Virus record (IMG/VR): IMGVR_UViG_3300045923_000198
Strand: one strand, 5' to 3'
Source: an uncultured virus (IMG/VR IMGVR_UViG_3300045923_000198)
Taxonomy: Duplodnaviria; Heunggongvirae; Uroviricota; Caudoviricetes
Length of the DNA: 64,000 bases
The notes below the pieces were generated by a model. That model saw only the letters and a list, made by a program, of their open reading frames with translations, had not been told where the DNA came from and searched no databases. Made by a program: the position numbers and the translations under genes. This document shows, one piece after another, positions 55,109 through 63,873 of this stretch; positions within the stretch are counted from its first letter, which is position 1; each line of letters begins with the position of its first letter.

Positions 55109-56218
55109 TCAGTCGAAGACCGAGGACACAGAACCGAGCATGACACGGATGCGGTGTCGGCTGCCAAGTTGGTAGGTCTCGAACTCGCTGTAGCTCTTCG
55201 GCGTGTACGGCCAGGAGTCGCCCTTGCGGCCCGTGAACGTGACCGTGTAGCTCTCCTCGCGACCGGACTCACGCTCCTGCTCCCCATCCTGCAAGGGCGG
55301 CGGAGTCGTGTCGGGCCACCTGACATCGGACGTGGTGCCGTTCGCCATGGCGTCTCGGTTGTGCCCCCAACCCCAGAAGTCCCACTCGTAGAAGTCCGCG
55401 TAGATCGGCAGGTCTGCGTAGTCGTTCACGCTGCATGTCTTCGGGTCGCAGATCGTGGAGCAGACAGGGTCCGCCTGCGTGCAGCTCTTGAAGCCGTTGT
55501 TCAGCTTCGTGCACACGGGCTTGGGCGTCGTGCAACTGCTCCTGTCCGTGCGGCAGTTTTTCGTGCCACAGAGGGACGCGTCGGTCACACGGTGATGGCC
55601 GACCAGGACATGGTAGTTCCACCCGTTCTGACGCTGCCCGTCGTTGACGAGGTTCAGCGCACCCGAGGGCACGGTGAAGCCGCTGTCATGCCGCAGCGAG
55701 TAGCGGTCGATGTGGATGGTGCGCTGCCAGGCGAGAGCCGTGACCGTGCCGTGCAGGTCGAGGGGCTTGAAGAGGAAGTAGCCGCCGATGATGAGCGCCA
55801 GGACGATCGGGATAGCGATGGCCCACCATGGCAGGCCCTTGGAACGACGGCGCGTTTCCAAGATGGGAGGGGGAGCGTAAGACGACATGGTCTTCCGCCC
55901 TTCAGGCCGGGTCGGAGCTTCAGAGGAGAATGAGCGTGCGCGGGGAGTCTCCCCCTGGTCCTGCGAAACGCCGCACTGCACGCACTCCCCGCTGTCCCGA
56001 CGCTCGGCCGAGCCGCAGAAACGACACTTCCAGTCCACCCCCGCAGCCGCCTGCTCGACGAAGGACTCGTCGGCCACGGGCGTCAGACCGCCGTCGTCGA
56101 TGTCCCCATCCACGTCTGTCTTCGGCTTCCCGCAGACCTCGCAGACCTTGAGGTGGCCCTCGTTGAGGTGCTTGTTCTCACACTCCCACTTCAACTCGAC
56201 GAAGAACTGACGCGACAT
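55109..56218 (-). CDS. membrane protein with N-terminal Zn ribbons and Cys-rich extracytoplasmic region
   Basis: WECEN, CEVCG, WKCRFCG, CVQCG; one TM; NGFKSC. Confidence 0.8.
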   Translation of the reverse strand: MSRQFFVELKWECENKHLNEGHLKVCEVCGKPKTDVDGDIDDGGLTPVADESFVEQAAAGVDWKCRFCGSAERRDSGECVQCGVSQDQGETPRARSFSSEAPTRPEGRKTMSSYAPPPILETRRRSKGLPWWAIAIPIVLALIIGGYFLFKPLDLHGTVTALAWQRTIHIDRYSLRHDSGFTVPSGALNLVNDGQRQNGWNYHVLVGHHRVTDASLCGTKNCRTDRSSCTTPKPVCTKLNNGFKSCTQADPVCSTICDPKTCSVNDYADLPIYADFYEWDFWGWGHNRDAMANGTTSDVRWPDTTPPPLQDGEQERESGREESYTVTFTGRKGDSWPYTPKSYSEFETYQLGSRHRIRVMLGSVSSVFD

Positions 56219-56229
56219 GCCCCTATTCT

Positions 56230-56245
56230 TACACCAGGTGGTGTA
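56230..56245. promoter_or_regulatory. divergent GGTGTA motifs
   Basis: 11 nt to ATG 56218(-) and 11 nt to ATG 56257(+). Confidence 0.75.
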
Positions 56246-56256
56246 TCGTGGGCACC

Positions 56257-56529
56257 ATGTCCGAGCTAACGGGATGGACGAAGGTTGGGGACAAGATCGA
56301 AGGCAAGGGCAAGTGGGTCGTCTACCGCCTGAAGAAGGGGTTACTGCCCACGCCCACCATCGTTGGCGAGGAGTTCGAGCCGACCGATGCGAAGAAGGCC
56401 CTGCGTGAGTATCAGAAGCGCGCCACGGAGATGACCACGAGCAACCGCAGCGGGGGTCTCTGGCTCGTGAACCCGGAAGGCGTGGTCGCCAGCGTCGTCT
56501 TCATCGCCCCGCAAATGCGCTTCTATTGA
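56257..56529 (+). CDS. hypothetical protein
   Basis: ATG 11 nt after GGTGTA. Confidence 0.65.
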   Translation: MSELTGWTKVGDKIEGKGKWVVYRLKKGLLPTPTIVGEEFEPTDAKKALREYQKRATEMTTSNRSGGLWLVNPEGVVASVVFIAPQMRFY

Positions 56530-58729
56530 GCCTCGTCAGGAACCTGTCGAGCACGCGCTGCGCGATGATCTTCCGGTCCTTCATGGCCGCGAACAGCTTG
56601 TCGTAGAGCGGCATGATCTCCTTCTCGAAGCGTGCCTGCTCGATGTACTTGGGGTCGTCGTACTGGAGCCACGTGAGCCAGGGGTTGCTCACGCCCTGCC
56701 GTGCGAGCTTCGTGTAGACGTACTGCTCGGTCACGCGCGCCCAGACCTCTGTGGCGCTGTGGTAGTACGTGAGCTTGCGGTTGTCGCCGTCCATCATCTG
56801 CGTGTACCGCTTGGTCGCCTCGGCAAGCAGCTCCGGAGGCACCTCGGACTTGTACTGCGCGTCCAGAGCCTTCGCGTACGGGTGATCCTTGGGCAAGTCG
56901 TAGCGGCTCTTGCCCGTGAGCGTCTCAACGGCCTTGTCCCCGGTGAACTCCATCAAGTTCCCAAGCATGTCCTCCCACCGCTTGTAGTCGGGGGTGTTGC
57001 GGATCGCTTTGAGAACGTCTGACAGCTCGGGAAGAGTCTTGTCGATGTACGCGCGGTTGGACTTGTCGGTCACGTAGTCGAGGGGAACGCCTGTGTTGGC
57101 GACGCCACCTGGACCCGAGTACACGCCAAATTCACGCTTCATCTTCTCCACGTGCTCGGGGTTGTCGCGCGCCGCGAGGTCACGTGACACCATGTCGTCC
57201 AGATAGTGGCTCAGCTCGTGCGCCAGCACACCCTCGTAGTCCTCACCGAACGTCACCCTCGGCTGCCACGTACGGCGATCGTCCCACTGGAAGTAGTGGG
57301 CCTTGGCCATGAAGCTCGATGACCCGCCGAAGTTGAACGCCAGCTTCTTTCCGTGCTTGCCACAGAAGCCCTTGCCGAAGACCGTCTCCAGATCGCTCAC
57401 CGCGCGAGAGACCCGCCCAAGAAGCTCGTGCCGCTTCTCCTCCGGGATGTCATCCGAGAACTCGATCGGCCCCGTGTCATGCCGCGCCTGGAACTCTTCA
57501 GGGGTCGTTGGCTGCCAGGTGAGGGGGACGAGCGGGATGCCCTCTTTGATGGCGATGTTCTTCTGCGCCTCGTCGATCATCCGCTTGATGTCGGTCACGG
57601 CGTCGCCGGTCAGGATGCGGCGGTTCACCGCTTCCTGGATGATGCGCAGGAGCGTGTCGAACGAGCGCGACTTCTCGATGAGCGTCAGGAGTTTCTTGTA
57701 CTCCATCGGCACGCTCTTGGGCTTCACCGGCTTGTCGTCAGGCTTGTTGTCCCTGCGCTTCCGTGATGGTCCCTTGGTACGCTGTACCGCGTACTCAGCG
57801 GACCTGCGTACGTAGTCCGAGACCTGCTTGAGGATCCACTCAGTTGGGCCGTCAGGGTCGTTCTTGGACTCGCGCTTGAGCACCACATCCAGGGGCTCTT
57901 CTTGAGCGGCTCCGGCCGGTGTTCCAGAGCGGCGGATGGTCTCGACGTTGACGCCAGCCTCTCGCTGGACCTTCGCAAGAGCTGCCGCGTTCTCCTTGTA
58001 GAGCTTCGAGCGCGTATCGGCATCGGTCGTCTGCCACGCGTTCATGATCTCGGCACGTTCAGCGGTGAGGCGCTCGACTTCTGCACGCAAGGCGGCCTTC
58101 TGACCCTCGTCCATCTCGAAGAACGCGCCGGGCGTGGTTTCCTCGTGCGGTTCTTCCGAGACCTCCGAAGAGGGCAGCTTGAGGATCTTGCGCAGTAGCG
58201 TTCGAATCGGCGCGGGTACGACCTCAAGACGGATGACGTCCTTGAGCATCTCCTCACGCTCGCGAGACCGCCAACCGTACTGGTCGTCCTCGGAAGGGTT
58301 GTCCTCCCCGATCACGTAGATCGCGTGGCGAATCAGACGGAACACCCTCGCGTCCACGTCCGTGTGCTTCAAGTGCTTCAAGCCGCGCAGGATGCGCACG
58401 ACCGCAACAAGAGCCTGTCGATCTTGCGTGGGACTCAGATGCTCGATCGCCCGGAGCCCTGGCGCTGCAGGCTTTGCACCGGCTCCCAGAGTGCCGTCAT
58501 CGATCGCCTCGCCAAGCACCTTGCAGGCAGCAACGAACTGGCCGTGAAACTGACGGCGCAGAGCGAGGAACTTCCGGATCTCTTTCTCGTCGAAGAAGGG
58601 CGCTGCGACGATCTTGCTCTGCGCGATCACAAGAGCGATGCCGGCTGTGACCGTGGAGACCGCATCGTCCAGGCTCATAGCGGCAGAGGGCTCGTCGGCG
58701 GCCCATCTGTGGTCGTAGGTGTAGTCCAC
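56501..58729 (-). CDS. large protein with zincin/LPD1-like C-terminal domain and terminal RVLDRF motif
   Basis: LAHELSHYLD...YYHSATEVWARVTEQYV; start uncertain. Confidence 0.78.
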   Translation of the reverse strand: MDYTYDHRWAADEPSAAMSLDDAVSTVTAGIALVIAQSKIVAAPFFDEKEIRKFLALRRQFHGQFVAACKVLGEAIDDGTLGAGAKPAAPGLRAIEHLSPTQDRQALVAVVRILRGLKHLKHTDVDARVFRLIRHAIYVIGEDNPSEDDQYGWRSREREEMLKDVIRLEVVPAPIRTLLRKILKLPSSEVSEEPHEETTPGAFFEMDEGQKAALRAEVERLTAERAEIMNAWQTTDADTRSKLYKENAAALAKVQREAGVNVETIRRSGTPAGAAQEEPLDVVLKRESKNDPDGPTEWILKQVSDYVRRSAEYAVQRTKGPSRKRRDNKPDDKPVKPKSVPMEYKKLLTLIEKSRSFDTLLRIIQEAVNRRILTGDAVTDIKRMIDEAQKNIAIKEGIPLVPLTWQPTTPEEFQARHDTGPIEFSDDIPEEKRHELLGRVSRAVSDLETVFGKGFCGKHGKKLAFNFGGSSSFMAKAHYFQWDDRRTWQPRVTFGEDYEGVLAHELSHYLDDMVSRDLAARDNPEHVEKMKREFGVYSGPGGVANTGVPLDYVTDKSNRAYIDKTLPELSDVLKAIRNTPDYKRWEDMLGNLMEFTGDKAVETLTGKSRYDLPKDHPYAKALDAQYKSEVPPELLAEATKRYTQMMDGDNRKLTYYHSATEVWARVTEQYVYTKLARQGVSNPWLTWLQYDDPKYIEQARFEKEIMPLYDKLFAAMKDRKIIAQRVLDRFLTRLNRSAFAGR

Positions 58730-58760
58730 GCCTCTGTAGGTTGAAAAACGGACCACCGGG

Positions 58761-58788
58761 TTGATTCTGGTCGGGCTCGGGTTGTAGT
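58761..58788 (+). promoter_or_regulatory. putative promoter TTGATT-N15-TTGTAGT (copy 3)
   Basis: Part of an imperfect ~37-nt direct repeat of 2485-2521. Confidence 0.7.
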
Positions 58789-58993
58789 CCCCTGTGAAGG
58801 ACCACTAACCCACCCAAAGAAGGAGTTTTCCGGGCTTTTTCGTGGGTCCCCTATGCGGGACCTGCGTAACAGACTGGGCCCCGCATGGGCCAGAAGAGGC
58901 CGCCCACCTCCAGAAGCGCTTGCCCCCCTAAGACGAGGGTGTTACCACCACTAGGTGAACTTGCTTAGCCAACCCCCAAACAACAGGAACCAG

Positions 58994-59887
58994 ATGAACA
59001 CCTCGAACGCAGTCACTCAGATCCGTGAGGCCGCCCGCAGCGTGCAGGCGAGCAAGCAGGCGCTCAACGCGAGCACCACCGCCTTCACGCTGGCCGTCAC
59101 CGAAGCCGCCAAGGACCCGAACGTCATGGCGTCCCTCATGCTCAGCATGCTGCTCGGCGAAGACCCCGCAGCGGCGGTCAACGTCTCGACGCCGACGAAC
59201 GGCGAGACCGCTGTCACCGCTCCCGTCATCAGCAACGTCGGCCGCAACGCGACCGTCGCTCGCGAAGATCCGGGCACGCTCCCGGTGCGCCTCGCCTTCA
59301 TCCTCGCCGATGCTGGCGTCGGCAACTCGCTCACCGTCGATCAGGTCATCGAGCAGCTCAAGGTCCGCGGCTGGAAGCCCAAGTCGAAGGATCTGCGCAA
59401 GTACATCGGCGTGATGCTGCCGCACCTGAGCGCCGAGAAGAGCAAGGCCGGCAAGGACATCGCCATCCTGCGCGACAACGGCAGCTACACCATCAACCCC
59501 GACGCGGTGATCTCGATGGGCCGCAAGGGCAACCGCGTCACCGTGACCGTCAAGGATCTCCTCAAGGGAGCGTCCATGCCGAACGCGGCGGCGGTCGCCG
59601 AAGCTCGCGCGGAGGCCACTGCATCGGCCCCGGCCGAGCCGAAGCGCAAGATCGACGTCAAGGGTCGTGCGCTCAAGGCGCTCAAGGGCATGCGCAAGCC
59701 GGTCAGCTTCACGGACATCACCACGGCCGCGAAGGTCGAGTCCAAGAGCTTCCAGATGATCGGCATGGGCTTCATCCGCACCGGCCTGCTCAAGAAGACC
59801 CGCAAGACCGACGAGGCGGGGCGCAAGCTGTTCGAGGTCGTCCACCCGAAGGTCAACGCGGCCATCAAGAAGGTCGCCGCTTCCTGA
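58994..59887 (+). CDS. basic Ala/Lys-rich protein, possible winged-helix DNA-binding domains
   Basis: LTVDQVIEQLKVRGWKPKSKDLRKYI; strong codon bias; AGGA SD. Confidence 0.75.
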   Translation: MNTSNAVTQIREAARSVQASKQALNASTTAFTLAVTEAAKDPNVMASLMLSMLLGEDPAAAVNVSTPTNGETAVTAPVISNVGRNATVAREDPGTLPVRLAFILADAGVGNSLTVDQVIEQLKVRGWKPKSKDLRKYIGVMLPHLSAEKSKAGKDIAILRDNGSYTINPDAVISMGRKGNRVTVTVKDLLKGASMPNAAAVAEARAEATASAPAEPKRKIDVKGRALKALKGMRKPVSFTDITTAAKVESKSFQMIGMGFIRTGLLKKTRKTDEAGRKLFEVVHPKVNAAIKKVAAS

Positions 59888-59911
59888 GCGGCGGACCACT
59901 AGAAGGTCGCG

Positions 59912-60232
59912 ATGGAAGGCATCCGCATCGCACCGGGCCAAGTCTTCGTTGACGTAGACAAGCGCAACGTCGGCTTCCGCCTCGTGCAGTTCGAGCGCAC
60001 CTTCTTCGGCCTCGACCGCTACGGCGAGCGCGTCACATACGCTGCCTGCCGTATCCTCACAGCCGGGGGTCGTCCGTGTGACTTCACGGACACCCCCTGG
60101 CTCAAGGGAACAGGTGCGGTCGGACAGATCACGTACATCCGTCTGGATCGTCTCTTGACGCTCCGGTTTTACATCCCGGCTCCGCAGCCGTCGTTCGAGA
60201 TGTTCGAGCAGTTCCACCCACTGGCAGCCTGA
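59912..60232 (+). CDS. hypothetical protein
   Basis: 106 aa ORF. Confidence 0.65.
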   Translation: MEGIRIAPGQVFVDVDKRNVGFRLVQFERTFFGLDRYGERVTYAACRILTAGGRPCDFTDTPWLKGTGAVGQITYIRLDRLLTLRFYIPAPQPSFEMFEQFHPLAA

Positions 60233-60241
60233 CGTGAACCC

Positions 60242-61126
60242 ATGAGCGAGACCGTGAAACGAGGAACCATCCACTGGTACGGCACGATGCCGGAGTCCCG
60301 TGGGGCAGCATCGGCCCCCGCCTCAGGGGTGGTGGAAATCGGCCACTACCCGAGCGGGGAGCCTGTCATCAACTTCCCCAACCGGGGAGTCCAGGTCAAG
60401 AGACTTCTCCTGCGTCCCATGTCGATGCTCGACCTCATGGGAGGACTGTTCTTCGCCGATGCGCTCCAGGAACGGGGGCAGAGGTTGATCGAACTGGTCC
60501 TGCCGTTCGTCCCCGGCGCGCGGCAGGACAGGATGAACTCCGAAGGGGACTACCTCTTCACGGCGAAGTCCGTCGCGAAGGACATCAACGCCCGGACCTT
60601 TCGCAAGGTCACAGTCCTCGACCCGCATTCGGAGGTGATCTCCGGCATGATCAACCGCTGCTCCATCGTCCACGCCGACGAGTGCGTGCGCTACGGCTTG
60701 GGGCACGGCCTCGTCACCGCCTCGCGCTACACGGCGGTCGTCTCGCCGGACTCGGGTGCCGAGAAGAGGGCTGGCGCCGTCGCGAGGATGCTCTCACTGC
60801 CGATGATCCACGGGTGGAAGACGCGCGACGTCTCCAACGGCAAGATCACCGGCTTCGGACTCGAACGGGCGGACATCTCCGGGCACGTCCTGGTCGTGGA
60901 CGACATCTGCGACGGCGGCGGGACCTTCGTCGGTCTCGCGTCGATCCTGAAGGAGCGGAACCTGAAGGCGGACCTCTACGTCACGCACGGGATCTTCTCG
61001 CAGGGCACCGCGAGGCTCCTGGAACACTACGAGCAAGTGATTTGCACGGACTCCTTGGAGGTAGTTCCCTCGACTGGTGTAGTAGTCCTTCCCGTGAGCC
61101 AGAACCTCTTCGAAGGGACGACCTAA
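60242..61126 (+). CDS. ribose-phosphate pyrophosphokinase-like protein (candidate Adps of NARP1)
   Basis: YPSGE, LPFVPGARQDR, LDPHS, VSPDSGAEKRA, LVVDDICDGGGTF, LYVTHGIFS. Confidence 0.9.
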   Translation: MSETVKRGTIHWYGTMPESRGAASAPASGVVEIGHYPSGEPVINFPNRGVQVKRLLLRPMSMLDLMGGLFFADALQERGQRLIELVLPFVPGARQDRMNSEGDYLFTAKSVAKDINARTFRKVTVLDPHSEVISGMINRCSIVHADECVRYGLGHGLVTASRYTAVVSPDSGAEKRAGAVARMLSLPMIHGWKTRDVSNGKITGFGLERADISGHVLVVDDICDGGGTFVGLASILKERNLKADLYVTHGIFSQGTARLLEHYEQVICTDSLEVVPSTGVVVLPVSQNLFEGTT

Positions 61127-61129
61127 ACC

Positions 61130-62647
61130 ATGCGTAGCTGCCTCATTCCCGGAACGTTCGTGCCCGATCCGATGACCCTCATCGACGGGTACAAGTTCGA
61201 CCACCGCCGTCAGTACCCGCCGGGCACGAGCCTGGTCAGCTCGAACTGGACCCCTCGCAGCTCGCGCGTACCGGGGCACAAGAAGGTCGTCTACGCAGGC
61301 GGGCAGTATTTCCGCCAGAAGATCCTCGTCGAAGCCTTCCGTGAGTTCTTCGGCGACAGCGAGAACGCTGCGGCCAAGCGCTACGAGCGGCGCACCAACG
61401 GCTATCTCGGCCCCAACACCATCGGATCGGATCACATCCGGCAGCTTCACCGGCTCGGGTACATCCCGCTCCTGTTCCGTGCCGTCCCCGAAGGCACTGC
61501 GGTGCCCCTGCGTGTGCCGATGGTCACCATCGAGAACACGCACCCGGACTTCGCGTGGATGCCCAACTACTTCGAGACGATCATGTCGTGCGAGCAGTGG
61601 ATCCCCTGCACGTCAGCGACGACTGCTCTCGGGTTCCGGCGCCTCCTCGAAGCGGCGGCCAAGAAGACCGGCAGCCCTCCCGAGTTCGTGGACTGGCAGG
61701 CGCACGACTTCTCCTTCCGGGGCTTGCCTGGCCTCGAAGCCGCGATGCTCTCGGGTCTCGGTCACCTGCTCTACTTCACGGGCACGGACACGGTCCCTGC
61801 ACTCGATCTGATCGAGGACTACTACGGCGTCCCCGATGGGTACCTCATCGGGGGGTCGGTCAACGCCACGGAGCACTCTGTCATGTGCGCTGGCGGCGAG
61901 GGCAACGAGCGGGAGACGATTCTTCGCCTGCTCGACCTCTATCCCGAAGGCATTCTGTCCGTCGTCTCCGACACGTGGGACCTCTGGCATGTCCTCACGA
62001 AGATCCTGCCCGACCCCGAGGTCAAGGCCAAGATCATGAACCGCAACGGCAAGTACGTCACCCGGCCCGACTCGGGCAATCCGGCCAGCATCCTGTGCGG
62101 GATCCCGGGCTCGTACCGCAGCGACTACAACAAAACTCCCGCCGAGAAGGGCGTCATCGAGTTGCTGTGGGAGACCTTCGGCGGCACCGTGACTTCAACG
62201 GGGCACCGCTTGCTCGACTCCCACGTGGGGGCCATCTACGGGGACTCGATCACCCGGGAGCGTGGACAGGAGATCACTAGCCGCCTCGATGAGCAGAGGT
62301 TCGCTTCGGCCAACGTCGTCTACGGCATCGGCTCGTACACGTACCAGTACGTCACTCGCGATACCTACGGTTTCGCGATGAAGGCTACGTACGTCGAGAT
62401 CAACGGCAAGGGCAAGGACATCTTCAAGAGCCCCAAGACCGACGACGGGGTGAAGCACTCCGCCCGCGGTCGCCTCGCTGTGCTCCGGGGCTCGGACGGC
62501 GAGATGCACCTCGTCGAACAGGCGACGCCCGAGCAGGAGGCGATGTCCCTTCTGCGCCCCGTCTGGAAGGACGGCAAGCCGCTCCTGCACGAGACCTTCG
62601 ACATGGTACGCGCAACCGCCAGGCTCGCCCTGGCAGAACCGGCCTGA
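61130..62647 (+). CDS. nicotinamide phosphoribosyltransferase-like protein (candidate Namat of NARP1)
   Basis: IDGYKFDH..QYP, HDFSFRG, ATEHSVMC, SVVSDTWD, RPDSG, IYGDSIT, GIGSYTYQYVTRDT. Confidence 0.93.
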   Translation: MRSCLIPGTFVPDPMTLIDGYKFDHRRQYPPGTSLVSSNWTPRSSRVPGHKKVVYAGGQYFRQKILVEAFREFFGDSENAAAKRYERRTNGYLGPNTIGSDHIRQLHRLGYIPLLFRAVPEGTAVPLRVPMVTIENTHPDFAWMPNYFETIMSCEQWIPCTSATTALGFRRLLEAAAKKTGSPPEFVDWQAHDFSFRGLPGLEAAMLSGLGHLLYFTGTDTVPALDLIEDYYGVPDGYLIGGSVNATEHSVMCAGGEGNERETILRLLDLYPEGILSVVSDTWDLWHVLTKILPDPEVKAKIMNRNGKYVTRPDSGNPASILCGIPGSYRSDYNKTPAEKGVIELLWETFGGTVTSTGHRLLDSHVGAIYGDSITRERGQEITSRLDEQRFASANVVYGIGSYTYQYVTRDTYGFAMKATYVEINGKGKDIFKSPKTDDGVKHSARGRLAVLRGSDGEMHLVEQATPEQEAMSLLRPVWKDGKPLLHETFDMVRATARLALAEPA

Positions 62648-62648
62648 C

Positions 62649-63290
62649 ATGCCCCACATTGTCCCTCACGAAGAGACGAACGAGCAGCGGTACAAGCGCC
62701 AGAACAAAGAGCGCGAGGACCGCATCGCCGCCTGCCCCATCAAGGAGACCAACCTCCTGTCGATCAGCCGGGGCACGGACAAGTGCATCTCGTACGTCAC
62801 CCTCGATTGGGGAGATAACGACGACCGCATCACCTGGCTCACGTTCGGTGAGGCGTCCCTTCGCACGAACGATCGCCGGGATGGTCGGTGGAACCTCGAA
62901 GCCCGCATGGGCCTCGGCGCCACGGACCCTGAGCACGACACCGCGTTCGCACTTCGGTTGCCGCTCATCGGCGTCGAGTTCGAATGGGCTGATCACCACC
63001 AGTTCCGGTTCCACGGGTTCGTGGACCCTAGCGCTGGGGAAGGGCGCCACCCGACCTTTCACGTCCCGCTGCCCGGATACAACCCGACCAAGCATCCCAA
63101 GGCCGAGATGTGCGACGGGATCTACAACGAAAAGGCGGGGAAGTATTGCAAGTGGAACGACAAGAAGAAGCACGTCATCGTGCCGGAGGGCTTCTACGTC
63201 CCACCGTTCAACGCTGACCTGTTCAAGCTCGTGGCGGGCCTGCGGGTCTCGATCATCATGGGCAAGAACCACGACAAGGACGACGAGTAG
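62649..63290 (+). CDS. hypothetical protein
   Basis: 213 aa ORF abutting the Nampt-like gene. Confidence 0.7.
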   Translation: MPHIVPHEETNEQRYKRQNKEREDRIAACPIKETNLLSISRGTDKCISYVTLDWGDNDDRITWLTFGEASLRTNDRRDGRWNLEARMGLGATDPEHDTAFALRLPLIGVEFEWADHHQFRFHGFVDPSAGEGRHPTFHVPLPGYNPTKHPKAEMCDGIYNEKAGKYCKWNDKKKHVIVPEGFYVPPFNADLFKLVAGLRVSIIMGKNHDKDDE

Positions 63291-63332
63291 GAAATTTGGC
63301 CCTCGAAACCTGAAGCCCGTACGCTCGGGGGC

Positions 63333-63572
63333 ATGAAGGTCACATTCGCTGTCGAACTAGACGTAGACGAAGAACTCCCGGCGTCCGAAGCCCACGACCG
63401 CATGACCGCCCTGCGTGTGCTCGTTCACGTGGCCGCCAAGTCTTGCTTCCAGGGCGTAACTGTGCGACCCATTCAAGCTCAACTGTCCGCTAGGGGAAAC
63501 CATGCTGAAGATCATCCGCGTCCTGCCTCTTGTCCTGTTCACCCTCCTCTTCTCCGGGCTCGGGCAGGCTGA
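63333..63572 (+). CDS. hypothetical protein
   Basis: 79 aa ORF, overlaps next. Confidence 0.45.
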   Translation: MKVTFAVELDVDEELPASEAHDRMTALRVLVHVAAKSCFQGVTVRPIQAQLSARGNHAEDHPRPASCPVHPPLLRARAG

Positions 63573-63873
63573 CAACAGCTCCGCGATCCTCAAGGCCATC
63601 TCGGAGTGCTTCCACCCGCTCTCGGACTACGTGGACGGGTACATCGGGAGCCCCTACCCGGTGGGCGAGCACACGCGGGCCATGGACGGAAGCCTCCGCT
63701 ACCGTCAGCTCGACAACCACGTGAAGCGGATGCCCTTCCAGCTTCAAGTGCGTGACGTGGACGGAGAGCGCATGTGGCGCGTCGTGCCCGACGACGAGGG
63801 TGACAACGGCCAGTTCGGACCCAGCGCCTCATGCAACATGCGGCAGTGGCATAGCAGCGGATCGGGAAACTGA
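63502..63873 (+). CDS. secreted protein (signal peptide)
   Basis: MLKIIRVLPLVLFTLLFSGLGQA. Confidence 0.7.
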   Translation: MLKIIRVLPLVLFTLLFSGLGQADNSSAILKAISECFHPLSDYVDGYIGSPYPVGEHTRAMDGSLRYRQLDNHVKRMPFQLQVRDVDGERMWRVVPDDEGDNGQFGPSASCNMRQWHSSGSGN

